From assembly GCA_028716525.1 (NCBI GenBank), contig JAQUPQ010000019.1:2750-66749 (forward strand): a stretch of 64,000 nucleotides of DNA, in the 5' to 3' direction. Below the pieces are notes generated by a model that was given only the letters and a program-made list of their open reading frames with translations, had not been told where the DNA came from and did not search any database. Below are positions 1 to 8,471 of the stretch, piece after piece. The translations under genes and the position numbers were made by a program. The DNA is from Terriglobia bacterium (lineage in GTDB: Bacteria; Acidobacteriota; Terriglobia; JAIQFV01). Each line of letters starts with the position of its first letter. The first letter of the stretch is position 1.

Positions 1-516
1 CTTCGGCGCCCCGCGCGACGGCCGATGGCTTCCCACCGCTTGAAAGAAAATCAGAAACGCGGCCAGTTCAAGGGATGCGGAGAGAGGCATCAGAACGCGC
101 CACTCCCAGGGGTAGACAGTGCAAAGCCAGCGGGTGGTTACACCGACCACCCACAGCGCCCAGCAGAGCCATCCTTCCCAAAGCGCAAAGGGCGAGAGCT
201 TTCGGAGTTTCGGAATGGAGTAGAAGCCGATTCCAAGGATGAACGTGGCCACCCAGCCAAACAGTTGGGCGTGGCCGTGCGCCTGGATCCACGCCGGTGA
301 GACCGACTCGGCCGCTTCGCGGCTGCTGATCTTGATGAGATTCCACACGCCCAACATCGTGCCGGGAAGGAGCATGAATACCAGGCCTGTGAAAATGTAA
401 GCCCGCAACATCACGGAAAGCGCTTTTTCGCGCGCCACGGCGCGATCCATCATGGATTGTGTGGATTCCTCCGGAAACGTAGGCCGGCTTCCGGCCGCGT
501 GTGATGCATCAGACAT
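1..516 (-). CDS. NnrS-like integral membrane protein, N-terminal part (3' end runs off the window)
   Basis: Minus-strand frame is open from ATG at 514-516 to the window edge, so it is absent from the ORF track. My translation is MSDASHAAGSRPTF...SPAWIQAHGHAQLFGWVATFILGIGFYSIPK... It shows several hydrophobic helices and an HxHxxxFGW motif reminiscent of the NnrS family. Confidence 0.45.
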   Translation of the reverse strand, partial: MSDASHAAGSRPTFPEESTQSMMDRAVAREKALSVMLRAYIFTGLVFMLLPGTMLGVWNLIKISSREAAESVSPAWIQAHGHAQLFGWVATFILGIGFYSIPKLRKLSPFALWEGWLCWALWVVGVTTRWLCTVYPWEWRVLMPLSASLELAAFLIFFQAVGSHRPSRGAPK

Positions 517-654
517 TCTGAATTCCCTTTGAGACAAAAGATATTGCCTTGTGCCGAAGATGCGTTCTCATTCTACTCTCGACACGAACGCTGCGCACGA
601 AATCGTGCCAAAAACGGCGTTGAGCAGCGGCTTGGAATTGGTCGCGAACCGCAT

Positions 655-758
655 TTGGAGGTAATCAATAACGCCGCCCCAGCGGGGCTCCACGCCGATG
701 ACCGATCATTCCCCGGAGCTGGCGCTCCGGGCTACTCAACGACGTCCCTTCGGGACTC
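655..758. repeat. REP-like ~104-bp element, copy A
   Basis: TTGGAGGTAATCAATAACGCCGCCCCAGCGGGGCTCCACGCCGATGA...GCTACTCAACGACGTCCCTTCGGGACTC. A near-identical direct copy lies at 1131-1233. It contains the short GC stem-loops GCCCCAGCGGGGC and GTCCCTTCGGGAC. Confidence 0.8.
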
Positions 759-959
759 TAAAGAGATGATGTGCCGTGCTTGTGCGGACGCATGACGTGC
801 CACGCGTTGTTGGCTCGCCACAGCGGGGGAGCCATCTGAGAGGGGTATCTTCGGCGTGTTTAGGTGCCGAGGGTTAGTTGCGATATGCCTCGAACTTCTC
901 CGGCCTATTGAACAAGAACCCTTATTATGGCTAAGAGACCCAAGTCTCGAAGAGACGAG

Positions 960-1030
960 GTTGAGTAGCCCGGGGCGAAAGCCCCGGGTATCCACGCCAG
1001 TATTCATCACAGCCCCGAAGGGGCGACGTT
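960..1030. repeat. REP-like element, diverged inverted copy
   Basis: GTTGAGTAGCCCGGGGCGAAAGCCCCGGG...AGCCCCGAAGGGGCGACGTT matches the reverse complement of both ends of the 655/1131 copies. The hairpin stems are kept but the loops differ. Confidence 0.6.
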
Positions 1031-1130
1031 GTCTTCGTGGGTGTCTCCGGGGAGTTGTTTCTACCCCATTTTTACATCGAAATCACCGGTTACTGAAGGT
1101 GGATGAAATTGAGGCCAATGAGTTTCGTGA

Positions 1131-1233
1131 TTGGAGGTGATGGAGAACGTCGCCCCTGCGGGGCTCCACGCCGATGACGATCATTCCCCGGAGCTCGCGC
1201 TCCGGGCTACTCAACGACGTCCCTTCGGGACTC
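1131..1233. repeat. REP-like ~103-bp element, copy B
   Basis: Direct repeat of 655-758, with a few substitutions and one 1-nt indel by eye. The identical translated junk string AAPAGLHADD..SPEL/GAGAPGYSTTSLRDS appears in two track ORFs (529-795 and 1131-1619). Confidence 0.8.
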
Positions 1234-1479
1234 CATACAAGGAAATCTTCTCTCACAGAGCGAACGCTCCGGGCTATCCGTCAAACCTCAAAAATCTGAG
1301 GGACGCAAGCGAACGCCGGTGGACCGCTTTGAGGCTCAATCCGCCAGCGGTGGATTTCGCCTGCGGGCTCGCGCTTCGCTCACGCCCGCAAAGCGGCTCA
1401 GCGACGTCCCTTCGGAACTTCAAGAGGACGCGCTGCGCCCCCACGCGGTATTCGCATGCCTTTGCTACGCAGTTTTTGC

Positions 1480-2580
1480 TTACGGTGTGTTGGGGCCGGT
1501 TTTCAGGCGACGATCAATTTCATCGTGAAGGAATTCATCCCGACGTCCGCTCCATCCCGAAAATCGCAACAGAACGGAGCCGTCTTGAGCCACCAGAAGG
1601 TAAGTGGGGTAACTGGTGATGTTGAAGGCGCGGTTGAGGCGCAAGTCACGGTCGAAGAACTGCGGCCAATCCATTCCGGCTCGTTCCACAAAATCCCTCC
1701 AAGTCCGTTCACTGCGATCGGCACTGATGCTGATCAACACGAACCGGTCGTCACGGGCATAATGGTCATGAAGCTGTTGCAGTTGGGGCAGGGAGGCTCG
1801 ACACGGACCACACCAGCTCGCCCAAAAATCAAACAACACCATCTTGCCTTGGAGCGCCTGTTTGTTGAAGGTCTGGCCCTGCATTGTGCGGAAGGAAAAA
1901 TCGGGAATCAGAAAAGCCGGGGCGTCATCCCGGCGTGAGGGCACGAACGATCTGGTGTTGGCGGGCGTTCGGTTCGTGAACTGATTTCTGTCGATGACTT
2001 GTCGGGCCTTGGCGGCCAGCCCGCCTTGCGGCTCGGCCTGCACGTAAAGTTTCATGTGCTCAACCGCGGCCCCCGCCTTGGAGTCTTTCAGGAGCATCTG
2101 ACCCAGGTAGTAGTGCGCCGCGGGCAGGGGCGGATTGGGATTGAGATTGATAGCCGCGAGAAATTCCGTTTCGGCCACTTCCGGATATTCCAAAATGAGA
2201 TCGACCTTGGGAATGATCGCCAATCCTTTTTCCAAGTGTGCCCGGGCGCGCCAGGTATCATCCGGTGCGCACTTCAGAGCCCGGTCAGCGGCCTGGATCG
2301 CCTCGTCATACATATTTAATCCCCGATAGCCTTGCGAAATTCCGATCCAACAATCCACGCTGCCGTCGTTCTTCATGCGATTGGCGCGCAGGAAGGAGTC
2401 GACGGCCTCTGTGAATTGATTCGACTTGATCTGGGCCTGACCCTGCTCGAGCAGCTCTTCAAATGTGCCATCAGCAGACCAAATGACGTGCATTGAACCC
2501 AACAAAGAAACAAGCACAAATAGAATCAGAGTAAGAGACAGCCGTTTCCTTTTCGAATATTCAAGGTGTCTTCTACCCAT
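1480..2580 (-). CDS. TPR repeat plus TlpA/ResA-like thioredoxin-fold thiol:disulfide oxidoreductase, membrane-anchored or secreted
   Basis: 366-aa ORF with GGAGG 6 nt upstream of the ATG. It has an N-terminal hydrophobic anchor (LTLILFVLVSLLGS), TPR-like helical repeats and a C-terminal redoxin domain with WASWCGPC (CxxC). Confidence 0.85.
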   Translation of the reverse strand: MGRRHLEYSKRKRLSLTLILFVLVSLLGSMHVIWSADGTFEELLEQGQAQIKSNQFTEAVDSFLRANRMKNDGSVDCWIGISQGYRGLNMYDEAIQAADRALKCAPDDTWRARAHLEKGLAIIPKVDLILEYPEVAETEFLAAINLNPNPPLPAAHYYLGQMLLKDSKAGAAVEHMKLYVQAEPQGGLAAKARQVIDRNQFTNRTPANTRSFVPSRRDDAPAFLIPDFSFRTMQGQTFNKQALQGKMVLFDFWASWCGPCRASLPQLQQLHDHYARDDRFVLISISADRSERTWRDFVERAGMDWPQFFDRDLRLNRAFNITSYPTYLLVAQDGSVLLRFSGWSGRRDEFLHDEIDRRLKTGPNTP

Positions 2581-2801
2581 TGCAGGCCTCCATACTCTAA
2601 GGTTGTATTAGGATAGTTAGCTCGCCTCCACAATCAGCTACTATTAATCGAAAGATAGCTCGATTGGCTGTGGATGTCAATGTGTTGGTGGCCCAGTAGA
2701 GGGATTATTGGAGAAAAGGGTGTTGTGCTCTCGTCTCGATTTGTGGTTTCATTTGAGATGCAGGGCTGTGAATCAGGGTTGTTTTGGTGCGGTGTTGATA
2801 A

Positions 2802-3917
2802 TTGGAGATGAAACGGCAGGCTGGCGGATATAAGGTCGGATTTATGTGGCTCAATGCGCGGATTAAAGTCCTGTTTGTCGTACTAGGCGTGTTGCTCATT
2901 GGTTCGGTTTCCGCAGCAACCCATTTGGAGCTGCGGTGCAGAGGGCCGAATGGAGAACCAATAAGAATTACTCGGGCTGAGCTGCTTTTAGTCAATTGGG
3001 GAGCGGTGGGTCGTTTAAGCCTCGACCCGAAGGGCGCCATTTTGCAAATGGACATGAAGCCCGCTTGGCTCCAGTCGCGGTGGTCTGATAGATTTTATGA
3101 CTTGGAGAAAGCATTTATTTACATACAGGCGAAGGGCTATGTCCCTATTAGGTCCGAAGGTTTCTTGTGGCTTGGTACACATGACATTAGTCCGAACGGC
3201 AAGCCCTTTGGCGAGAGAGTAACCGGGGCGAAAATTGATTTCCGACAAAAGAAATCGGTCACGGTGCATGAAGGAGAGAATGTTGAGCTGGATGTGGTCC
3301 TACGGCGGCCTCAACAAAAGATTGTCCGCTTCCTTGGAGAATCGGGCACGTCCGCTTCGGATCTTAAAGTAGATGTAGGGATGTTTTGGTCGGACTCGAA
3401 CCACTGTGGAGGTCTGGCTGGCGTGGATCGGTTAGTGCAGGGTGTTACTGATTCACGCGGTGATTTGAGTGTTCCCGATGGTGACTTCCAGTACGTCTTC
3501 CAAATCGAGAGTCCACGTGTTGTTTTCGACAACCCAGAAATGGACGTTTATCCACAGCGCCTGATGTCGTTCTTGCATAAACGGAAGACTATCTTTCGGG
3601 TTCACCATTACGAACGAAAACCTCTTTCTGTTGATATTATTGGTGAACAGGGCCCTCTTCAGGGAATCATCTTGTTTGGAAACTTGTCTGGCTGCCCTTG
3701 CGGGGCATGTTATGGCGGCATGGGAACCAGTGATGATCGCGGGGAGATTAGAATCCAAGATTTCTATCCCGAAGAATACAACGAGTTGTGGTTGTGTGCG
3801 AATGGCCGAGAAGTATGGACCGCAGATCCCAATAAGCTTTCAGATGGTGTTATTACAATCCGATTTACGCCAGCCAAGTTAACCGAGAGTCCCACCAATT
3901 GGCATTGCAAGTTTTGA
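2802..3917 (+). CDS. secreted hypothetical protein, beta-rich
   Basis: 371-aa ORF with a signal-like N-terminus (KVLFVVLGVLLIGSVSAA). I recognise no family. The start is uncertain: TTG 2802, ATG 2808 or ATG 2844. Confidence 0.6.
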   Translation: MEMKRQAGGYKVGFMWLNARIKVLFVVLGVLLIGSVSAATHLELRCRGPNGEPIRITRAELLLVNWGAVGRLSLDPKGAILQMDMKPAWLQSRWSDRFYDLEKAFIYIQAKGYVPIRSEGFLWLGTHDISPNGKPFGERVTGAKIDFRQKKSVTVHEGENVELDVVLRRPQQKIVRFLGESGTSASDLKVDVGMFWSDSNHCGGLAGVDRLVQGVTDSRGDLSVPDGDFQYVFQIESPRVVFDNPEMDVYPQRLMSFLHKRKTIFRVHHYERKPLSVDIIGEQGPLQGIILFGNLSGCPCGACYGGMGTSDDRGEIRIQDFYPEEYNELWLCANGREVWTADPNKLSDGVITIRFTPAKLTESPTNWHCKF

Positions 3918-4189
3918 GACTTGAAATAGAGTCGGTCCCGAGCCCAACCCGTGTTTCAGGATCAGGACTTCTAATTTTCCTTACAATCACGTTGAGCCTG
4001 GAAGCAATGCCTCTCCCTTCGGTAGCTCCTTGGTCATGCGCGGGGTAGAGATAGCTCGTGAACCGGACAGCCCGCCTTGGCGGGCGAAAGATGTTTAGGC
4101 GGCGTTCATTTTAAGGTCAGGAGATAAGACAATGAGCCACCCGGATTGTCCCTACAGCGTTTCCCGGCCACCCGGGCACGAATCGAGTT

Positions 4190-4212
4190 CTTACTTTGTA
4201 ATGAAAAGTACT
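4190..4212 (+). promoter_or_regulatory. candidate operator, imperfect 9-N5-9 inverted repeat
   Basis: cTTACTTTG-taatg-AAAAGTAct abuts the -35 hexamer. It has the same half-site and spacing as the palindrome at 5260-5282. Confidence 0.4.
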
Positions 4213-4239
4213 TGACAAAATAGCATCCATAGTTACAAT
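4212..4239 (+). promoter_or_regulatory. near-consensus sigma70-type promoter positioned for a leaderless mRNA
   Basis: TTGACA at 4212-4217 and TACAAT at 4234-4239, with a 16-nt spacer. The ATG of the 4246 ORF lies 7 nt after the -10 hexamer, leaving no room for a Shine-Dalgarno. Confidence 0.55.
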
Positions 4240-4245
4240 GCCGCT

Positions 4246-4860
4246 ATGTCGAGCCCATCGGGCAGTCCCTTTGAAACCTCCAGCATTCCTTCCCTCCAGG
4301 ATCGGGCCCTGGATAATTTGAAATTTATCCGCGAAACCATGGAGCGCTCGACGGCGTTCACGGCCGTTCCCGGTCGCGGGGGAGCGTGGATGGGAGTGAC
4401 GGCGTTGGTCGCGGCCTTTTTGGCTTCACGTTCCAACTCGGCGGAATTGTGGCTGTTGATTTGGATCGGGGAGGCCGCGTTGGCCGCGGCGATTGGATCT
4501 GTGGCCATCGTGCGCAAGACTCAATCGATCGACGTGCCCCTTTTTGGAGGCGCGGGACGAAAGTTTGTTTTGAGTTTGGCCCCGCCCATGGTGGCGGGAG
4601 TTTTACTGACCCTGGGTTTGTATCACGCCGGGAGAGTGCGCCTCATCCCGGGGGAGTGGATGTTGTTATATGGGGCGGGCGTCATCACGGGAGGGTCTTT
4701 TTCGGTGCGTGTCGTCCCGCTCATGGGTTTGTGTTTCATGGGAGTCGGGTCGGTGGCCTTATTTGCGCCCGGCCATTGGCTGAACATTCTGATGGCTCTG
4801 GCATTCGGAGGGCTGCACATTATTTTCGGAATTATTATTGCGCGGAGGTACGGTGGCTAA
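4246..4860 (+). CDS. integral membrane protein, hypothetical
   Basis: 204-aa ORF with about 5-6 hydrophobic helices. Its stop overlaps the start region of the next ORF, which suggests an operon. I recognise no family. Confidence 0.65.
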   Translation: MSSPSGSPFETSSIPSLQDRALDNLKFIRETMERSTAFTAVPGRGGAWMGVTALVAAFLASRSNSAELWLLIWIGEAALAAAIGSVAIVRKTQSIDVPLFGGAGRKFVLSLAPPMVAGVLLTLGLYHAGRVRLIPGEWMLLYGAGVITGGSFSVRVVPLMGLCFMGVGSVALFAPGHWLNILMALAFGGLHIIFGIIIARRYGG

Positions 4861-5245
4861 AGGTCGAGCCTTAGTGTCTTCACAGGAAAGGGAATCACGG
4901 CCCGGCAAACGGGCATGGCGAAGTTACTCCCGTCCCGGCGATCCCGGTGGACGCTGGGAAATCGATCGGCTCATTCACGAGCGCCTGCGACTGGGCATGG
5001 TGAGCGCCTTGGCCGCCAATGAATCCCTGAGTTTCAATGATCTCAAGAAGCTGTTGAAGACGTCGGATGGGAATCTGAGCGTTCATGCCCGCAAGCTGGA
5101 AGAAGCCAAATATATTTCCTGCTCCAAATCGTTTGAAGGGCGCATTCCCAGAACTGTGTTCCGATTGACCTCCTCAGGGCGTCGGGCCTTGGAACGGTAT
5201 CTCGATCACATGGAAGCTCTGATTGCCGCGGCCCGGGGCCGGTAA
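4838..5245 (+). CDS. winged-helix transcriptional regulator (HTH_34-like)
   Basis: The C-terminal ~95 aa read LIHERLRLGMVSALAANESLSFNDLKKLL..SDGNLSVHARKLEEAKYI..RTVFRLTSSGRRALERYLDHMEAL. This is the pattern of small wHTH regulators. The start is uncertain: TTG 4838, GTG 4853 just after GGAGG, or GTG 4874. Confidence 0.75.
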   Translation: MRGGTVAKGRALVSSQERESRPGKRAWRSYSRPGDPGGRWEIDRLIHERLRLGMVSALAANESLSFNDLKKLLKTSDGNLSVHARKLEEAKYISCSKSFEGRIPRTVFRLTSSGRRALERYLDHMEALIAAARGR

Positions 5246-5259
5246 AAATTTTTTGCACC

Positions 5260-5282
5260 AGTACTTTGTTTTGCAAAGCACT
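5260..5282 (+). promoter_or_regulatory. candidate operator, 9-N5-9 inverted repeat
   Basis: AGTACTTTG-ttttg-CAAAGCACT pairs at 8 of 9 positions. It sits in the 85-bp gap between the wHTH gene and the 5331 ORF. Confidence 0.4.
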
Positions 5283-5330
5283 TCACATTAGCGAATTCCA
5301 AAGGACACTTTTTCACTCGAGGAGGATGGT

Positions 5331-6053
5331 ATGGCCCTAATGCCGGAATATGCGCCCTTTGTCGCCTTGGCGTTTTTGGGAACGGGTTTTCTGACGGTGG
5401 TCGGGCTGCTGGCCGCGGCGATCACTTGGTGGACCACCTGGAGATTTTTTTCCAAGTGGATATTGGCCGCAGTGGCGCTCTTGTTGGTGGGTTACGCCTG
5501 CGTTTTACTGGCGGCCTCAGCAACCAGTCGTCAGATTGTTTTGGGTCTGGGGCAAAACAAGTACTTCTGCGAGATCGACTGCCACTTGGCCTATTCCGTC
5601 AGCGGAGTCGAAACCGTGAAGAGCATCGGCGATGGGAACAATGTCGTCACCGCCCGAGGGATCTTTTACATCGTCACCGTCAAAACCTGGTTTGATCCCG
5701 CCACCATTTCTCCGCACCGAGGATACGGGCCTCTCAGTCCCAATCCCCGGGAACTTCGCCTGGTGGATTTGTCCGGTGGAGAATATCCGGTGTCGGAATC
5801 TGGAATGGCAGCGTTGGAGAAAAAAGCCGGGCCACAGACACCGATCACTGAACCCTTGCGTCCGGGAGAGTCGTACCTCACGCGATTTGTGTTCGACGTT
5901 CCCGCCGGCGCCAAGAATCCCCGTTTGCTTCTTTCGGATATGCGATCCGATACGCTGACGGGTTTGCTGATCGGGCACGAGCTAAGTCCGTTTCATCAGA
6001 AGATCTATTTCAGTTTGACTGCATCGGCCAGCTCTGTGGGCGGCTTCCTCTAA
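5331..6053 (+). CDS. membrane-anchored hypothetical protein
   Basis: 240-aa ORF with GGAGGA upstream. It has two N-terminal TM helices followed by a soluble beta-rich domain. I recognise no family. Confidence 0.65.
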   Translation: MALMPEYAPFVALAFLGTGFLTVVGLLAAAITWWTTWRFFSKWILAAVALLLVGYACVLLAASATSRQIVLGLGQNKYFCEIDCHLAYSVSGVETVKSIGDGNNVVTARGIFYIVTVKTWFDPATISPHRGYGPLSPNPRELRLVDLSGGEYPVSESGMAALEKKAGPQTPITEPLRPGESYLTRFVFDVPAGAKNPRLLLSDMRSDTLTGLLIGHELSPFHQKIYFSLTASASSVGGFL

Positions 6054-6363
6054 GAGCACACTCACCGCACAGGCGCTGAGCGCGCAGAGATGGCGCCGAG
6101 ATGCCGGCGGCTGTCTTCGGAGCCATGTGATGCAGGCAAACCAAATCCGCTATAACCCGTCCTGTTCGAATAAATCAGAAACCGAAGTCTTTGGACGTAC
6201 GTCTTTCCTTTCGCCTTGAAGAAATACAATTCTTCCGGGTCTTCTTGTAAAATCTCCGCGTTCGTGACGTGGACATTTCCCGTCAGGAGAAAGGCGCTTT
6301 CTTGGGATTGAACCGCTGCCGGAGTGTCGGCGAGAAGTCATTCGAGGCCGACAGCAATTTCTA

Positions 6364-7671
6364 TTGCATAAGATGACCACGAATCCATCCAAGAATCTCT
6401 CCGCATTAACACCCAACCAAATCCGCGGATTTTGGGCCGCGTGGGGCGGATGGGCATTGGATGGCATGGATTCGTTCATCTACGCCTTGGTGATGGTGCC
6501 GGCATTGACGGATTTATTGCCGCGCTCGGGAATCTCCGCCTCGACCGGGGAAGTGGGTTTCTATGGCGGATTATTGTTCGCGTTGTTCCTCATCGGTTGG
6601 GGATTCTCATTGGTGTGGGGTCCCTTGGCGGATCGTTTTGGCCGCGTTCGGGCCCTCATGCTTTCAATCCTTTGTTATTCACTCTTCACTTTTCTCGGCG
6701 CAGCGGCCACCCGGGTGTGGCAGCTTGCGGTTTTCCGGCTTCTGGCTGGAGTAGGAATTGGCGGCGAATGGTCCATGGGCGGAACTTTTGTAGCCGAAGA
6801 ATGGCCGGAGGATCGCCGCAAAAGGGCCGCCGGTTACATGCATACGGGTTATTACTTCGGTTTTCTGCTGGCGGCGCTGGCGAATCACACCGTGGGTGCT
6901 CATTTTGGATGGCGGGCCATGTTTGTGATTGGCGGGGCTCCGGCGTTTTTGGTCTTCTTCATCCGAGCCGGAGTTCGGGAATCCGATCGATTCACCTCTC
7001 GGTCGAAGGAATTGAGTTCGCGCTGGAGCATGCATCAGGCCTTCTTTTCGCTCTTCCAACCGGAATACAGAAAACGGACCGTGGTCAACGCTCTGCTGGT
7101 GCTCATTTCGATTGTGGGACTCTGGGCGGGATCAGTTTACGTCCCCGCTGCCTTGACGGATTTGGCGACCCGCGCGGGCTTGACGCCGCTTCAAGGCATT
7201 CGATTGGCTTCTGTCGGAACCATTCTATTGGCAGTTGGAACCATCCTGGGTTGTCTCCTGATGCCCGACCTGGCGGAATGGTGGGGCCGTCGTGCGACGC
7301 TCGGTGCTTTTTTTGGGTTGATGTTGGTCTTCATTTCCGCAGGCTTCGGGTTTGTTTTCTACCTTCACGCCCATGCCATCGGCTGGTTCTTGGTGTGTTT
7401 GTTTTTTCTGGGCGTCGGAGGCGCCAACTTTGCTGTGTACACGTTGTGGCTGCCCGAACAATATCGAACCGAGTCGCGCGCCAGCGCCTTTGCATTTGCT
7501 ACGTCGTTGGGCCGATTTGTCGGCGCCGGTATCACCTTCTGGGTAGGATGGGGAGTTTCCCACTATCACACCATTGGAAAACCGGTCGCCTGGACGTCAA
7601 TAGCTTTCCTGTTGGGTCTTCTCCTACTCCTCTGGGGCGAGGAAACGAAAGGGAAACCCTTACCTTCCTGA
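6364..7671 (+). CDS. MFS transporter
   Basis: 435-aa ORF with about 12 hydrophobic helices and an MFS loop-2/3-like motif GPLADRFGRVR. The start may be ATG 6373. Confidence 0.85.
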   Translation: MHKMTTNPSKNLSALTPNQIRGFWAAWGGWALDGMDSFIYALVMVPALTDLLPRSGISASTGEVGFYGGLLFALFLIGWGFSLVWGPLADRFGRVRALMLSILCYSLFTFLGAAATRVWQLAVFRLLAGVGIGGEWSMGGTFVAEEWPEDRRKRAAGYMHTGYYFGFLLAALANHTVGAHFGWRAMFVIGGAPAFLVFFIRAGVRESDRFTSRSKELSSRWSMHQAFFSLFQPEYRKRTVVNALLVLISIVGLWAGSVYVPAALTDLATRAGLTPLQGIRLASVGTILLAVGTILGCLLMPDLAEWWGRRATLGAFFGLMLVFISAGFGFVFYLHAHAIGWFLVCLFFLGVGGANFAVYTLWLPEQYRTESRASAFAFATSLGRFVGAGITFWVGWGVSHYHTIGKPVAWTSIAFLLGLLLLLWGEETKGKPLPS

Positions 7672-7701
7672 AAGAAACCGAGGCACACCGCCAGGTCCAG
7701 G

Positions 7702-7745
7702 TTGACAAGCCTCCGATGAGCGCGTATAAGTAAGCGTTTGCTTAC
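7702..7745 (+). promoter_or_regulatory. sigma70-type promoter plus palindromic TetR-type operator
   Basis: TTGACA at 7702-7707, a 17-nt spacer, and TATAAG at 7725-7730. A perfect palindrome GTAAGC-gttt-GCTTAC at 7730-7745 ends directly at the ATG (7746). Confidence 0.5.
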
Positions 7746-8405
7746 ATGAAAACCCCGACCACACGATTAACCTCGACCGATCGCCGGCAGCAAATCCTGG
7801 ATCAGGCCACAAAATTGTTTGCACGCCGGGGGTATGAGGGAACCACCACACGCCAGATCGCGCGTCAAGCCGGAATCAACGAGGCCCTTATTTTTCGGCA
7901 CTTTGGCGACAAGGACGGCTTGTATTGGGCCATCATTGAGCAGAAGTGTCAGATGGGAGCTCGGCGCGCGAAGTTGATGCAGACCCTGGATTCCCGATCC
8001 GATGATCGAACCATCCTCGCGACCCTGGCGGAGACCGTCCTTCGACGAAATTTTGAGGACTCCTCTCTGGCGCGATTGCTGCTGTTCAGTGCGCTTGAAA
8101 ACCACCGGCTTTCCAGGCGGTTTTTCAGGGTGTACGTGGCTCAGAACTACGATTCCATTGCGGCCTACATTCGACGGCGCGTGCGGCAGGGGAAATTTCG
8201 CGGGGTCGATGCGCAGCTGGCAGCGCGGGGATTCCTGGGAATGGTGGTGTATCACTTCTGGATACAGGAAATATTCGGCGGGAAACGCTTTCAAAAATTT
8301 GATCTGAAGAAGGTCAGCAATACGCTGGCCGATATTTGGCTCCGCGGGATGCGTTCATCGCCTTCAGAACGATCTCGTCAGGAAGCCCGAAAAAGTTTAA
8401 AATGA
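7746..8405 (+). CDS. TetR/AcrR family transcriptional regulator
   Basis: 219-aa ORF with the N-terminal HTH GYEGTTTRQIARQAGINEALIFRHFGDKDGLY. It lies immediately upstream of MFP and RND pump genes. Confidence 0.9.
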   Translation: MKTPTTRLTSTDRRQQILDQATKLFARRGYEGTTTRQIARQAGINEALIFRHFGDKDGLYWAIIEQKCQMGARRAKLMQTLDSRSDDRTILATLAETVLRRNFEDSSLARLLLFSALENHRLSRRFFRVYVAQNYDSIAAYIRRRVRQGKFRGVDAQLAARGFLGMVVYHFWIQEIFGGKRFQKFDLKKVSNTLADIWLRGMRSSPSERSRQEARKSLK

Positions 8406-8471
8406 CAGGCTCTTTCGGAGTCGGGGAAACACCCCTCCGGAAGAATCGAAGGAAATCAGGGTGGAAGAATC

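Noticed and set aside
529-1938. Several 60-160-aa ORFs in the first intergenic region and over the 3' end of the thioredoxin gene
   Set aside because: They translate REP-like repeat DNA (the same peptide appears twice) or are antisense to the TPR-thioredoxin gene.
4133-4216. 27-aa ORF (MSHPDCPYSVSRPPGHESSSYFVMKST) with an AGGAGA RBS
   Set aside because: It is too short and lacks any supporting feature. It overlaps the operator and the -35 region that I consider more likely to be functional.
6432-7733. 433-aa ORF in an alternative plus frame of the MFS gene
   Set aside because: Its translation is Arg/Gly/Cys-rich with no TM pattern. The other frame gives a canonical 12-TM MFS protein.
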